Part shown: in pieces, positions 7,600 through 17,421 of the stretch
Numbering within the stretch: position 1 is the stretch's first letter
Layout: every line of letters starts with the position of its first letter
From: Bisgaard Taxon 45
Lineage (GTDB): Bacteria > Pseudomonadota > Gammaproteobacteria > Enterobacterales > Pasteurellaceae
Reading direction: 5' to 3'
Length of the DNA stretch: 40,000 nucleotides
Assembly (NCBI GenBank): GCA_049888895.1
Contig: JBLUWJ010000002.1
Coordinates: 104,925-144,924 of the forward strand
Translations under genes and position numbers: made by a program
The notes under the pieces: model-generated
What the model was told of the DNA's origin: nothing
Databases searched by the model: none
The model's input: only the letters and a program-made list of their open reading frames with translations

Positions 7600-7756
7600 A
7601 ATAATCCGTGTCATCCAATCCTAATTTGTCTGATTTTACAGAAAGTTGCTTGAGATAGCAAAATTGCTTGCAATCAGGCTTGTTCTCTATAACATATTTT
7701 CCTGTCTAAGGTGCAACAACATGGGCATCGAAAATAACATCGGAATGGTACTGACT

Positions 7757-9235
7757 ATGAAATATAAAGATTTGCGTGAGTTTCTTGATTTACTGGAACA
7801 ACGTGGCGAGTTAAAACGGATCAAGCAGGAAATTGATCCCCACCTTGAAATGACAGAAATTGCCGACCGCACGTTGCGCGCAGGTGGCCCAGCGCTATTG
7901 TTTGAGAATCCGAAAGGATTTGATATTCCTGTGTTATGTAATTTATTCGGCACACCGAAAAGAGTAGCGATGGGAATGGGACAAGAACAGGTTTCATCTT
8001 TACGCGATGTCGGGAAATTATTGGCTTTTTTGAAAGAACCTGAACCACCAAAGGGGTTTAAAGATTTTCTTTCAAGTATTCCGCAATTTAAACAAGTGCT
8101 GAATATGCCAACTAAGGTATTGGGAAGAGCAGATTGCCAGCAAATCATTTTAGCAGGGGAAGAGGTTGATCTATACAAATTACCGATTATGCAATGTTGG
8201 AAAGATGACGTTGCTCCTTTAGTGACATGGGGCTTGACGATTACAAAAGGACCATTGAAAAAACGACAAAATTTAGGGATCTATCGTCAGCAATTAGTGG
8301 CTAAAAATAAATTGATCATGCGTTGGCTTTCTCACCGCGGTGGCGCATTAGATTTTCAAGAATGGAAAGAAACCCATCCTGGTGAGCCTTTTCCTGTTTC
8401 GGTGGCACTGGGTGCCGATCCTGCCACAATTTTAGGGGCAGTGACACCAGTACCCGATACCTTATCAGAGTATGCGTTTGCGGGTTTATTGCGTGGGACT
8501 AAGACCTCTGTGGTGAAATCGATCAGTAATGATCTCGAAGTGCCAGCCAGTGCAGAAATCGTGCTAGAAGGCTATATTGACCCAAATGAGACCGCACTTG
8601 AAGGTCCTTATGGTGATCATACGGGGTATTATAATGAGCAAGAATATTTCCCCGTGTTTACCATCACGCACATGACGATGCGTAAAGATCCGATTTATCA
8701 TTCAACTTATACAGGGCGTCCGCCTGATGAGCCCGCAGTATTAGGGGAAGCGTTAAATGAAGTCTTTATTCCGATCTTACAGAAACAATTTCCAGAAATT
8801 GTGGATTTTTATTTACCACCTGAAGGCTGTTCTTATCGTTTAGCGGTGGTGACGATTAAGAAACAGTATGCTGGGCATGCTAAGCGCGTGATGATGGGGG
8901 TATGGTCTTTCCTACGCCAGTTTATGTATACCAAGTTTGTGATTGTCTGTGATGATGATGTCAACGCACGGGATTGGAAAGATGTGATTTGGGCGATGAC
9001 CACAAGATGTGATCCGGCGCGTGATTTAACCTTGGTGGAAAATACTCCGATTGATTATCTTGATTTTGCCTCGCCAGTTGCAGGATTAGGGTCTAAAATG
9101 GGGATTGATGCCACTAATAAGTGGCCAGGAGAAACGCAACGAGAGTGGGGCGTGCCGATTAAAAAAGATCCTGACGTGGAGAAAAAAGTAGATGAGATTT
9201 GGGCAAGTTTAGGGATCTTGGAAAGCGAAACATAG
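7757..9235 (+). CDS. ubiD: 4-hydroxy-3-polyprenylbenzoate decarboxylase UbiD
   Basis: [38 protein letters not shown].. is the UbiD N-terminus. 492 aa from this start. The 37 upstream codons in the ORF track look non-coding. Confidence 0.9.
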   Translation: MKYKDLREFLDLLEQRGELKRIKQEIDPHLEMTEIADRTLRAGGPALLFENPKGFDIPVLCNLFGTPKRVAMGMGQEQVSSLRDVGKLLAFLKEPEPPKGFKDFLSSIPQFKQVLNMPTKVLGRADCQQIILAGEEVDLYKLPIMQCWKDDVAPLVTWGLTITKGPLKKRQNLGIYRQQLVAKNKLIMRWLSHRGGALDFQEWKETHPGEPFPVSVALGADPATILGAVTPVPDTLSEYAFAGLLRGTKTSVVKSISNDLEVPASAEIVLEGYIDPNETALEGPYGDHTGYYNEQEYFPVFTITHMTMRKDPIYHSTYTGRPPDEPAVLGEALNEVFIPILQKQFPEIVDFYLPPEGCSYRLAVVTIKKQYAGHAKRVMMGVWSFLRQFMYTKFVIVCDDDVNARDWKDVIWAMTTRCDPARDLTLVENTPIDYLDFASPVAGLGSKMGIDATNKWPGETQREWGVPIKKDPDVEKKVDEIWASLGILESET

Positions 9236-9237
9236 CA

Positions 9238-9272
9238 TAAAAAAGCCTGTAACACAGATTACAGGCTTTTTG
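9238..9272. terminator. Bidirectional terminator between ubiD and arcA
   Basis: AAAAAAGCCTGTAA..TTACAGGCTTTTT. Confidence 0.8.
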
Positions 9273-9285
9273 TCATTATTCAGCT

Positions 9286-9996
9286 TTATTCGAGTACGCC
9301 ACAGAAACGATAACCTTCGCCATGGATCGTCGCGATAATTTCAGGGGTCTCAGGATGATCTTCAAAATGTTTGCGAATGCGACGGATGGTGACATCGACA
9401 GTACGATCTTGGGGCTTTAATTCACGTCCCGTCATTTTCTTCAATAATTCTTCACGGGTTTGAATTTTGCCCGGATTTTCACAGAAATGTAACATTGCAC
9501 GGAATTCACTGCGTGGGAGTTTATACTCTTCCCCTTCAGGATTAATTAACATACGGCTATTTAAGTCTAATGTCCAACCATTAAAGCGATATTGCTCAAT
9601 AGGATGATGGCTATCTTTCGTATTTTCTTGCATCGTACGTTGTAATAAATTGCGTGCACGGATAGTTAATTCTCTAGGATTAAATGGCTTTGTAATATAA
9701 TCATCTGCACCGATTTCGAGACCAAGAATTTTATCCACTTCATTATCACGACCAGTTAAAAACATTAATGCTGTATTGGTGGTTTCTCGTAGTTCGCGCG
9801 CCAACATTAGGCCATTCTTACCTGGTAAGTTAATGTCCATGATGACAAGATTAATCACTCTATTCGCTAGAATACGGTGCATCTGTGCGCCATCTGCAGC
9901 CTCAAATACTTCATAACCCTCCGCCTCAAAAATACTTTTTAAGGTATTTCTTGTGATTGCTTCGTCTTCAACAATTAAAATTTGTGGCGTTCCCAT
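9286..9996 (-). CDS. arcA: Aerobic respiration control response regulator ArcA
   Basis: [115 protein letters not shown] is near-identical to E. coli ArcA. Confidence 0.95.
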   Translation of the reverse strand: MGTPQILIVEDEAITRNTLKSIFEAEGYEVFEAADGAQMHRILANRVINLVIMDINLPGKNGLMLARELRETTNTALMFLTGRDNEVDKILGLEIGADDYITKPFNPRELTIRARNLLQRTMQENTKDSHHPIEQYRFNGWTLDLNSRMLINPEGEEYKLPRSEFRAMLHFCENPGKIQTREELLKKMTGRELKPQDRTVDVTIRRIRKHFEDHPETPEIIATIHGEGYRFCGVLE

Positions 9997-10132
9997 TTAT
10001 ACATCCTATTGTAAGTGTTCAATGTTAATCATTCTGTTGATAATATAAGGATAAAATTAACTTACCCATTTTATAGTTGCAACATAATTGTAACAATAGG
10101 AAAAAGATGTTTTGTTAAATTAGATGTTGATT

Positions 10133-10150
10133 TTATGATATAGATCATAA
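10133..10150. promoter_or_regulatory. 18-bp palindrome TTATGAT-ATAG-ATCATAA upstream of arcA (FNR/CRP-family-like half sites)
   Basis: Perfect 7-bp arms. The core aTGAT-N4-ATCAt is an 8/10 match to the FNR consensus TTGAT-N4-ATCAA. It lies ~140 bp upstream of the arcA start. Confidence 0.3.
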
Positions 10151-10183
10151 AAAAATCCCCCAATAGAGTGAGGTTATTGGGGG
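10149..10183 (-). terminator. Rho-independent terminator after the L31B-L36B operon
   Basis: CCCCCAATA..TATTGGGGG stem, followed on the minus strand by TTTTTTT. Confidence 0.75.
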
Positions 10184-10232
10184 AAAAGTCGAGCGTTAGC
10201 TCGTTTTACTTACATACAAAAAAGAGGGTGTT

Positions 10233-10373
10233 CTAGCGTTTTTTCTTGCCGCCTTGGCGTGCTTTAAAACGTGGATTTTCTTTACAAATAACATACACTA
10301 CGCCATGGCGACGAACGATTTTACAGCCAGGATGACGCGTTTTGGCACTTTTTAATGAACTTAATACTTGCAT
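10233..10373 (-). CDS. rpmJ: 50S ribosomal protein L36, type B (Cys-poor, Zn-independent paralogue)
   Basis: Not in the ORF track because it is under 60 aa. My translation is [46 protein letters not shown], 46 aa, the YkgO-like form. It starts 10 nt downstream of the L31B stop. Confidence 0.85.
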   Translation of the reverse strand: MQVLSSLKSAKTRHPGCKIVRRHGVVYVICKENPRFKARQGGKKKR

Positions 10374-10382
10374 GATGTGTCC

Positions 10383-10649
10383 TTATTTTGATTTTAATGT
10401 GCCAAATTTGCCATAGCGATTGACGAAGTCACTGGCACGACCTTCATTCGCAATTTGACGTGTTTTACCTGTATAGTATGGGTGTGATGCCGAGGAGGTA
10501 TCACACATAAAGACCGGATATTCATTGCCATCTTCCCATTTCATGGTCGTTGTGGTTCTAGCGCAAGAGCGGATTAAAAAACCTTGCTTTGCATTTGAGT
10601 CATAAAATAGTACAGTACGGTAATTGTCTGGATGAATACCTTTTTTCAT
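10383..10649 (-). CDS. rpmE2: 50S ribosomal protein L31, type B (lacks the CxxC zinc ribbon)
   Basis: [45 protein letters not shown] matches the YkgM-type L31. Start set at MKKGIHP (10649). Confidence 0.88.
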   Translation of the reverse strand: MKKGIHPDNYRTVLFYDSNAKQGFLIRSCARTTTTMKWEDGNEYPVFMCDTSSASHPYYTGKTRQIANEGRASDFVNRYGKFGTLKSK

Positions 10650-10858
10650 ATTTGAAATGCCCCTTATTTTTTTCTGAAAAATAACGAATGAGGCTATCCT
10701 ACATGAAATAGAAATAATTATCAAAACTTATTTTTTGTGAGAAAATAAGTTGTTCAGGGATTAAACTTCGCAATAAACGGGTATTGATGTTTATAATTAT
10801 ATGAAAAAGAAATGATTTTTAGTGTTTTATGTTGTCATGGCGGGACATGGTTTTGCTT

Positions 10859-12598
10859 ATGAAAAAAATATTTTTTATTTTATTGTTGATTTGGACAAGT
10901 TTATCCACCAATGCAGGGGTGTTTGATAAAAAAACGCCCTTTTTGAGAGCGGATCAAGCATTTGTCTTTACTCCGAGTCAACAGCATGATGGGCTATCTT
11001 TAAATTGGGATATTGCCCCTGGTTATTATCTGTATAAAAAAAGTATTGAAATAAGAGGGAAACCAGGGCAAGTGATTCACCCTACATTGCCGTTGGCAGA
11101 AACCCATCAAGATGACTTTTTTGGTGATGTAGAGATTTATCGTCATCAATTGACTGCTGTTTTGCCGTTTTCTCAGCTATCCTCAACTCAGCAACTTGAA
11201 ATCAGTTATCAAGGTTGTACAGAAGGCTTTTGCTACCCACCAGAAACTCAGGTCATTGATTTAATGGCGCTAGAGAGGGATGCGGGGCAGATGTCGAGTG
11301 TAATATTGATAAAAGATAGCGTACTGTCTTCATTGCCGTTAGCAGAGCAAGATCGTTTAGCTGCCAAACTGGTCGAAAGTAAATATGCCGTCTTTTGGTT
11401 TTTCTTATTTGGGTTAGGACTTGCTTTTACCCCTTGCGTTTTACCCATGCTACCTCTTTTGTCAGCCATTGTAATTGGTCGTCAGCAGCGCCCGAGTACC
11501 GCTAAAGCATTCGCCTTAAGTGTTGTGTATGTACAAGGTATGGCGTTGACTTATACACTGCTAGGTTTAATTGTCGCGGCGATTGGCTTGCCTTTCCAAG
11601 TGGCATTACAAAGCCCTTATGTTTTATTAACGTTGTCGTTTATTTTTGTGTTGCTTGCTTTATCCATGTTTGGGCTGTTCACTTTGCAATTACCTGTTAG
11701 CTTGCAAACTCGATTAACTCAATACAGCCAGCAGCAAAAATCAGGTGCATTTGGTGGGGTGTTTGTAATGGGGATGATCGCAGGTTTAATCGCATCGCCT
11801 TGTACCTCTGCACCATTGTCTGGGGCGTTACTTTATGTCGCGCAAAGTGGCGATTTATTCACTGGCGCAATCATCCTATATTTATTAGCCTTAGGGATGG
11901 GGCTTCCCCTCATTTTCATTACGGTATTTGGTAATAATATGTTGCCAAAATCAGGGAATTGGATGATTCAAGTGAAACATGCCTTTGGTTTTGTGTTGTT
12001 AGCGTTACCGGTCTTTCTCATTTCTCGTGTGTTCCCTGAAATCGAAATGGCATTATGGTTTAGCTTAGTGTTTGCGTTCTCGTTGTGGGTGTTGTATCAA
12101 TTTAGAAACAATAAAGGGCTCTGGGTCTTTGCTTTTGTGATGGGGGTCATGGGATATGTATATTATGCGGAGACAACGAAAGTCTCTAGAGTCAATACAC
12201 AAGTCGCTCAAACTCCTTCATTGGTTAAATTTGAACGCATTACGAGTTATGCGCAATTGCAACAGCTGTTAACTGAAAATCCTAATTCGCTAGCGATGTT
12301 AGATTTATATGCCGATTGGTGTGTGGCTTGTAAAGAATTTGAGAAATTCACTTTTAGTGATCCACAGGTGAAAGATCAGTTTGAACATATGTTACTCTTG
12401 CAAGTGGATATGACTAAAAACAGTGAAGCGAATCGTGAATTTATGCAAAAACTTCAAGTCATTGGTTTGCCCACCCTGATTTTTTTTAATCAACGTGGTC
12501 AGGAAATTGAAGGCTCAAGAATAACGGGTTTTATGCAAGCTCGCCCTTTTTTGAGTTGGTTAAAAAAAATTAACTCGATCCAGCCATTTAGCCAATAG
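10859..12598 (+). CDS. dsbD: Thiol:disulfide interchange protein DsbD
   Basis: Signal peptide. N-terminal domain with YQGCTEGFCYPPE. TM core with FTPCVLPMLP and ASPCTSAPL. C-terminal thioredoxin fold with WCVACK. Confidence 0.92.
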   Translation: MKKIFFILLLIWTSLSTNAGVFDKKTPFLRADQAFVFTPSQQHDGLSLNWDIAPGYYLYKKSIEIRGKPGQVIHPTLPLAETHQDDFFGDVEIYRHQLTAVLPFSQLSSTQQLEISYQGCTEGFCYPPETQVIDLMALERDAGQMSSVILIKDSVLSSLPLAEQDRLAAKLVESKYAVFWFFLFGLGLAFTPCVLPMLPLLSAIVIGRQQRPSTAKAFALSVVYVQGMALTYTLLGLIVAAIGLPFQVALQSPYVLLTLSFIFVLLALSMFGLFTLQLPVSLQTRLTQYSQQQKSGAFGGVFVMGMIAGLIASPCTSAPLSGALLYVAQSGDLFTGAIILYLLALGMGLPLIFITVFGNNMLPKSGNWMIQVKHAFGFVLLALPVFLISRVFPEIEMALWFSLVFAFSLWVLYQFRNNKGLWVFAFVMGVMGYVYYAETTKVSRVNTQVAQTPSLVKFERITSYAQLQQLLTENPNSLAMLDLYADWCVACKEFEKFTFSDPQVKDQFEHMLLLQVDMTKNSEANREFMQKLQVIGLPTLIFFNQRGQEIEGSRITGFMQARPFLSWLKKINSIQPFSQ

Positions 12599-12635
12599 CT
12601 TATCCGTTTCCTTTTATTGTTATGTGCATAAAGTA

Positions 12636-12673
12636 AAACAGCTTATTTGATTGCAGAAATAAGCTGTTTTTTA
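12636..12673 (+). terminator. Rho-independent terminator after dsbD
   Basis: CAGCTTATTT..AAATAAGCTG stem followed by TTTTTT. Confidence 0.8.
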
Positions 12674-12690
12674 TTGAAAATCGTTACACA

Positions 12691-12708
12691 AGCGCAAACG
12701 TTTGCGCT
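12691..12708. promoter_or_regulatory. PurR operator overlapping the purH promoter
   Basis: AGCGCAAACGTTTGCGCT is a perfect 18-bp palindrome containing the PurR core GCAAACGTTTGC. TATAAT follows at 12708-12713. Confidence 0.8.
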
Positions 12709-12764
12709 ATAATGCGACCTTTCTTTTATGACTTATTTTTAACGCTTAATTTTAAGGATTTTCC

Positions 12765-14366
12765 ATGCAATCTAATCGTCCTATTCGCCAAGCATTACTG
12801 AGTGTTTCTGATAAAACAGGCATTGTTGAGTTCGCCCAAGGTCTTGTACAACGTGGTGTGAAATTACTTTCAACTGGTGGTACGGCAAAATTATTGGCTG
12901 ACCATGGTTTAGCCGTGACGGAAGTATCAGATTATACGGGTTTTCCAGAAATGATGGATGGACGCGTAAAAACGTTACATCCTAAAGTGCACGGCGGTAT
13001 TCTAGGTCGTCGTGGTACAGATGATGAGGTGATGAGCCAACATGGTATTCAAGGTATCGACATGGTGGTGGTGAATTTATATCCGTTCGCCGCAACCATT
13101 GCTAAACCCAATTGCACGCTTGAAGAGGCCGTAGAAAATATTGATATCGGCGGACCCACTATGGTGCGTTCAGCCGCGAAAAATCACAAAGATGTGGCGA
13201 TTGTTGTGAATAATAACGATTTCAATGCCATTCTTAGCGAGATGGATCAACATCAAAATAGTTTAACCCTAGAAACACGTTTCGATTTAGCTATTAAGGC
13301 CTTTGAACATACCGCACAATATGATGCCATGATTGCCAACTATTTTGGTCAATTAGTGAAACCTTATTTTGTCGCTGAGGAAGAAGATCCCGACGCGAAG
13401 TGCGGTCAATTTCCACGTACTTTAAATTTAAACTTCATTCGTAAACAAACCATGCGTTATGGTGAAAATGGTCACCAAAAAGCCGCTTTTTATGTGGAAC
13501 AGGAAGTGAAAGAAGCCTCTGTCTCCACCGCAAAACAATTACAAGGCAAAGCCCTTTCTTATAACAATATCGCGGATACTGATGCTGCGCTTGAATGTGT
13601 GAAAAGCTTTGATGAGCCGGCTTGTGTCATTGTGAAACATGCTAATCCCTGTGGTGTAGCATTAGGTGAAGATATTTTAGAAGCTTATAACCGTGCTTAT
13701 CAAACTGACCCAACCTCCGCTTTCGGTGGGATTATTGCTTTTAACCGAGAATTAGATGCCACCACTGCGCAAACGATTATTGATCGCCAATTTGTGGAAG
13801 TGATTATTGCCCCAACTGTTGCCGAAGAAGCTAAAACCTTATTAAAAGCCAAGAAAAATGTGCGAGTGTTGGCATGTGGCGAATGGTCAAACACGCAACA
13901 ACGCCTAGATGTGAAGCGTGTCAATGGTGGTTTATTGGTACAAGAAGCGGATTTAGGGATGGTCGATTTAGCTGACTTAAAAGTCGTGAGTAAACGTCAA
14001 CCAACAGAACAGGAATTAAAAGATTTGTTATTCTGTTGGAAAGTGGCGAAATTTGTCAAATCTAATGCCATTGTGTATGCCAAAGAGAATCAAACTATTG
14101 GCATTGGTGCGGGGCAAATGAGCCGTGTCTATTCGGCTAAAATCGCGGGTATTAAAGCGCAAGATGAAGGACTTGATGTGGCGGGTTGTGTGATGGCATC
14201 TGATGCGTTCTTCCCATTCCGTGATGGGATTGATGCGGCAGCGAAAGTAGGCATTCAATGTGTGATTCACCCAGGTGGTTCAATGCGTGATCAGGAAGTG
14301 ATTGAGGCAGCAGATGAACATAATATGGTGATGGTCTTAACGGGAATGCGCCATTTTAGACATTAA
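12765..14366 (+). CDS. purH: Bifunctional AICAR transformylase / IMP cyclohydrolase PurH
   Basis: 533 aa. [44 protein letters not shown] and the C-terminal GGSMRD..MRHFRH are diagnostic. Confidence 0.95.
   Translation: MQSNRPIRQALLSVSDKTGIVEFAQGLVQRGVKLLSTGGTAKLLADHGLAVTEVSDYTGFPEMMDGRVKTLHPKVHGGILGRRGTDDEVMSQHGIQGIDMVVVNLYPFAATIAKPNCTLEEAVENIDIGGPTMVRSAAKNHKDVAIVVNNNDFNAILSEMDQHQNSLTLETRFDLAIKAFEHTAQYDAMIANYFGQLVKPYFVAEEEDPDAKCGQFPRTLNLNFIRKQTMRYGENGHQKAAFYVEQEVKEASVSTAKQLQGKALSYNNIADTDAALECVKSFDEPACVIVKHANPCGVALGEDILEAYNRAYQTDPTSAFGGIIAFNRELDATTAQTIIDRQFVEVIIAPTVAEEAKTLLKAKKNVRVLACGEWSNTQQRLDVKRVNGGLLVQEADLGMVDLADLKVVSKRQPTEQELKDLLFCWKVAKFVKSNAIVYAKENQTIGIGAGQMSRVYSAKIAGIKAQDEGLDVAGCVMASDAFFPFRDGIDAAAKVGIQCVIHPGGSMRDQEVIEAADEHNMVMVLTGMRHFRH
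13398..13406 (+). repeat. Uptake signal sequence core AAGTGCGGT (inside purH)
   Basis: Exact 9-mer. Confidence 0.9.
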
Positions 14367-14414
14367 TAAAAAATAAAAGCACCCCCCTTTTCAGGATGAT
14401 TAAGGTAGACAATA

Positions 14415-15995
14415 ATGAAAAAAACGCTTTTTATTCTATTTGGTTATTCTGCAATCTTGTTATTGAGCGAAATACTTTATCGTTATTTTTTCAAGATTAA
14501 TAGCCTGTATCGTATTGGTGAGAGTTTTTTAATTATCTTTGTGGTGCTTTCACTATTTTATTTTTCTAAATATAAGGTATCCCGTTTTTTTATCGCGTTA
14601 TTCTTTTGTTGTAGTACATTGATTAATAATGTGCATTATGAGGTTTATCAAAACTGGATTAATGGCACCAATTATTTATTAATGTTTAAAGAATATTGGG
14701 AAGTGACTCATGCCGGTTTGCATATGTTAGACAAAATTGCAGGTGGTGTGATTTGGGGTATGGTCGATATCTTTATTTTTCTCTCTATTTCTCGTTTTAG
14801 ACAGAAAACGCATTGGGTAGCAGATGTCTCATTTTTCTTAGTAATGGGCTATATCTTTGTTCGTTCTTTTTATACTAATCAAGAATTAGGTATCACCTCT
14901 AATCCGGGATATTCGAGAATTAAAGCCAACTTTTTCGCCTTTGGCTACTTCATTGGTAAAACATTGCCTTATGATATTTTTAATTTGAGTAATGTGTCTG
15001 TTTATTATCGAGATAAGCCCAACATTGTTCATCCACCCATGGTAAAAAATATTGTCTTAATTATGGGGGAAAGTCTGAGTGCGAGTCACGTGGGCACGTT
15101 TGGTTACCAAAGACAAACCATGCCATTTTTGGATCAGTTAGTAAAAAATAAACCGGCAGAAACCGTCTTCAAACCTGCCTATTCTGCTGGCTTAGGCACG
15201 GCCATTTCATTGCCTGCTTTTTTTAATGCGATTCCTCGTCCAAATGGATTAGAGCAAATTGTCAGTGGTAGAACCAATTTATTTCGTTTAGCGAAAGAAC
15301 GGGGCTACAAGACGTATTTTTATTCAGCACAGCCTGAAAACCAAATGATGATCATGAGTATCATGGGGAAAACCTGGGTCGACCATTTACTTTTTCCGAG
15401 TGACATTGGCTATAAGCGTTCAGAAGGTATGCACGACCATCAACTTTTACCACTATTTGACAAAATAGATTTAAGTGAGGGGAATCATTTTATCGTGCTA
15501 CACCAAAGAGGTTCTCATGCACCTTATGCGTACTATTTATCAGAAGAGGAAAAAGCGTTTAAAGAAAACACGCCATTAGATAATTATGACAGCACGCTTT
15601 ACAATACGGATCAATTCATTGAAAAAGTCTTTATGCAGCTCAAACAATACCCTGATGACTGGATATTAATTTACACCTCGGATCATGGTCAGTTTGTGTC
15701 AAACCAAGTCTATAACCAAGGTACGGCAAAAGAAGCGAATTACTTAGTACCCATCATGACTTATACCGAAAATAAAATGTTGCAGCAACGACAACAACCA
15801 TTTTTGGCTTGTGATAGACTGTTTCATCAGCAATTATCAACATTGATTGTCAATATGTTGGGCTACGATATGCCGATTTCAGATTGTCAACATGGGGTGA
15901 TTAATTCATTGATTTTAACGGGGGATTCCGGTTATTTAGAAGTACAAAAAAATCAACCCCCAGCATTTTTTATACCTAAAAATCGTTCAAAATAA
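14415..15995 (+). CDS. Phosphoethanolamine transferase of the EptA/Lpt/MCR (sulfatase-fold) family
   Basis: 526 aa. The N-terminal ~200 aa has about 5 TM helices. The periplasmic domain carries IMGESLSASHVGTFGYQRQTMPFL (compare MCR-1 GETARADHVSFNGYERDTFPQL), SAGLGTAISLP (nucleophile Thr region), HQRGSHAPY, DNYDSTLYNTDQFI and YTSDHGQ. Confidence 0.8.
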   Translation: MKKTLFILFGYSAILLLSEILYRYFFKINSLYRIGESFLIIFVVLSLFYFSKYKVSRFFIALFFCCSTLINNVHYEVYQNWINGTNYLLMFKEYWEVTHAGLHMLDKIAGGVIWGMVDIFIFLSISRFRQKTHWVADVSFFLVMGYIFVRSFYTNQELGITSNPGYSRIKANFFAFGYFIGKTLPYDIFNLSNVSVYYRDKPNIVHPPMVKNIVLIMGESLSASHVGTFGYQRQTMPFLDQLVKNKPAETVFKPAYSAGLGTAISLPAFFNAIPRPNGLEQIVSGRTNLFRLAKERGYKTYFYSAQPENQMMIMSIMGKTWVDHLLFPSDIGYKRSEGMHDHQLLPLFDKIDLSEGNHFIVLHQRGSHAPYAYYLSEEEKAFKENTPLDNYDSTLYNTDQFIEKVFMQLKQYPDDWILIYTSDHGQFVSNQVYNQGTAKEANYLVPIMTYTENKMLQQRQQPFLACDRLFHQQLSTLIVNMLGYDMPISDCQHGVINSLILTGDSGYLEVQKNQPPAFFIPKNRSK

Positions 15996-16004
15996 GGAAT
16001 AAAT

Positions 16005-17294
16005 ATGAATATTTTGATTATTGGAAACGGCGGTCGTGAACACGCCTTGGCTTGGAAAGTCGCACAATCGCCTTTAGCAGATAAGGTATTTGTTGCACCA
16101 GGTAATGCGGGAACGGCATTAGAAGAGAAAGTTGAAAACGTCGCGATTTCCGCAACCGATGTCGAAAAATTAGTGGCATTTGCACAAGAAAACCATATTG
16201 GTTTAACTATTGTTGGCCCAGAAGCGCCCTTGGTGATTGGGGTGGTGGATGCTTTCCGTGCGGCAGGATTGAAAATTTTTGGTCCAACGCAAGCTGCCGC
16301 GCAACTAGAAGGCTCAAAAGCGTTCACTAAAGATTTTTTAGCCCGTCATCACATCCCAACCGCAGAGTATCAGAACTTTACTGAAGTCGAGCCAGCACTG
16401 GCTTATTTACGCAAGAAAGGCGCACCAATTGTGGTAAAAGCAGACGGACTTGCGGCTGGCAAAGGGGTAATTGTGGCGATGACGTTAGCAGAAGCGGAAG
16501 CCGCAGTGAAAGATATGCTTTCAGGCAATGCCTTTGGTGAAGCCGGTAGTCGTGTGGTGATTGAAGAGTTTTTAGATGGTGAAGAAGCCAGTTTCATTGT
16601 CATGGTAGACGGTAAGAATGTGGAACCGATGGCAACCAGTCAAGACCATAAGCGTGTTGGTGAGAACGATACCGGTTTAAATACCGGCGGTATGGGGGCC
16701 TATTCGCCTGCACCAGTGGTGACGCCAGAGATTCATGACCGTATTATGCAGCAAGTGATTTATCCAACGGTCAATGGTATGGCGGCAGAAGGCAATGTGT
16801 ACACAGGTTTCTTATATGCCGGCTTGATGATTATGCCAAATGGTCAACCAAAGGTTATCGAATTTAACTGCCGTTTTGGTGATCCTGAAACACAACCGAT
16901 TATGCTTCGTTTAGAATCCGATTTGGTGGAACTTTGTCTTGCGGCATGTGACGGTAAATTAGACCAGAAAAAATCCCACTGGTGTGAAAAAGCCTCATTA
17001 GGAATTGTGCTTGCTGCAGAAGGTTATCCAGGGGATTATCGCAAAGGGGATGAAATCACCGGCATTGAAAGTGCGGTCGGCAATCAAAAAGTTTTCTTAG
17101 CCGGTGTAGAAAATAAAGAGGGCAAATTAGTCACCAATGGGGGACGTGTCGTGTGCGTGACGGCATTAGGCGACACCGTTTACGATGCACAACAACAAGC
17201 GCTTGCCCTTGCGGAACAAGTCAAATGGACTGGCCGTTTTTATCGCCGTGATATTGGTTATCGCGCAGTGGCAAGAGAGAAAAGTCAGGCTTAA
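16005..17294 (+). CDS. purD: Phosphoribosylamine-glycine ligase PurD
   Basis: MNILIIGNGGREHALAWK.., ATP-grasp core, 429 aa as in E. coli. Confidence 0.95.
   Translation: MNILIIGNGGREHALAWKVAQSPLADKVFVAPGNAGTALEEKVENVAISATDVEKLVAFAQENHIGLTIVGPEAPLVIGVVDAFRAAGLKIFGPTQAAAQLEGSKAFTKDFLARHHIPTAEYQNFTEVEPALAYLRKKGAPIVVKADGLAAGKGVIVAMTLAEAEAAVKDMLSGNAFGEAGSRVVIEEFLDGEEASFIVMVDGKNVEPMATSQDHKRVGENDTGLNTGGMGAYSPAPVVTPEIHDRIMQQVIYPTVNGMAAEGNVYTGFLYAGLMIMPNGQPKVIEFNCRFGDPETQPIMLRLESDLVELCLAACDGKLDQKKSHWCEKASLGIVLAAEGYPGDYRKGDEITGIESAVGNQKVFLAGVENKEGKLVTNGGRVVCVTALGDTVYDAQQQALALAEQVKWTGRFYRRDIGYRAVAREKSQA
17069..17077 (+). repeat. Uptake signal sequence core AAGTGCGGT (inside purD)
   Basis: Exact 9-mer. 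Confidence 0.9.
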
Positions 17295-17421
17295 TTGGGA
17301 ATGATGAATTTTTTTCATCATAGAAATGAAAAAATTCCCATAAAGTTTTCATTAAAAAATGCAGTGTAAACGAGTACACTAAACAAATTCACCATCATCT
17401 TTACTTAAAGAGGACATCATA

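Noticed and set aside
7646-7756. N-terminal 37-codon extension of ubiD from the ORF-track start
   Set aside because: UbiD orthologues begin at MKYKDLREF. The extension is Cys/Leu-rich, overlaps the likely smpB/ubiD divergent promoter region, and has no SD.
14367-16004. PEtn transferase as part of a mobile element or genomic island
   Set aside because: I found no transposase, integrase, tRNA attachment site or flanking direct or inverted repeats. The junctions with purH and purD are short and clean. I therefore report it as an operon insertion of unknown origin, not as a mobile element.
17295-17345. Nested hairpin GGGAAT-GATGAA-TTTTT-TTCATC..ATTCCC after purD as a terminator
   Set aside because: The stems are short and AT-rich and the U-tract lies inside the loop rather than after the stem. 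It could be a weak attenuator, but the evidence is too thin to list it as a feature.
17360-17380. GTGTAAACGAGTACAC upstream of glyA as a PurR box
   Set aside because: It matches only about half of the 16-bp PurR consensus, in contrast with the perfect site at purH. It may instead be an unrelated dyad.
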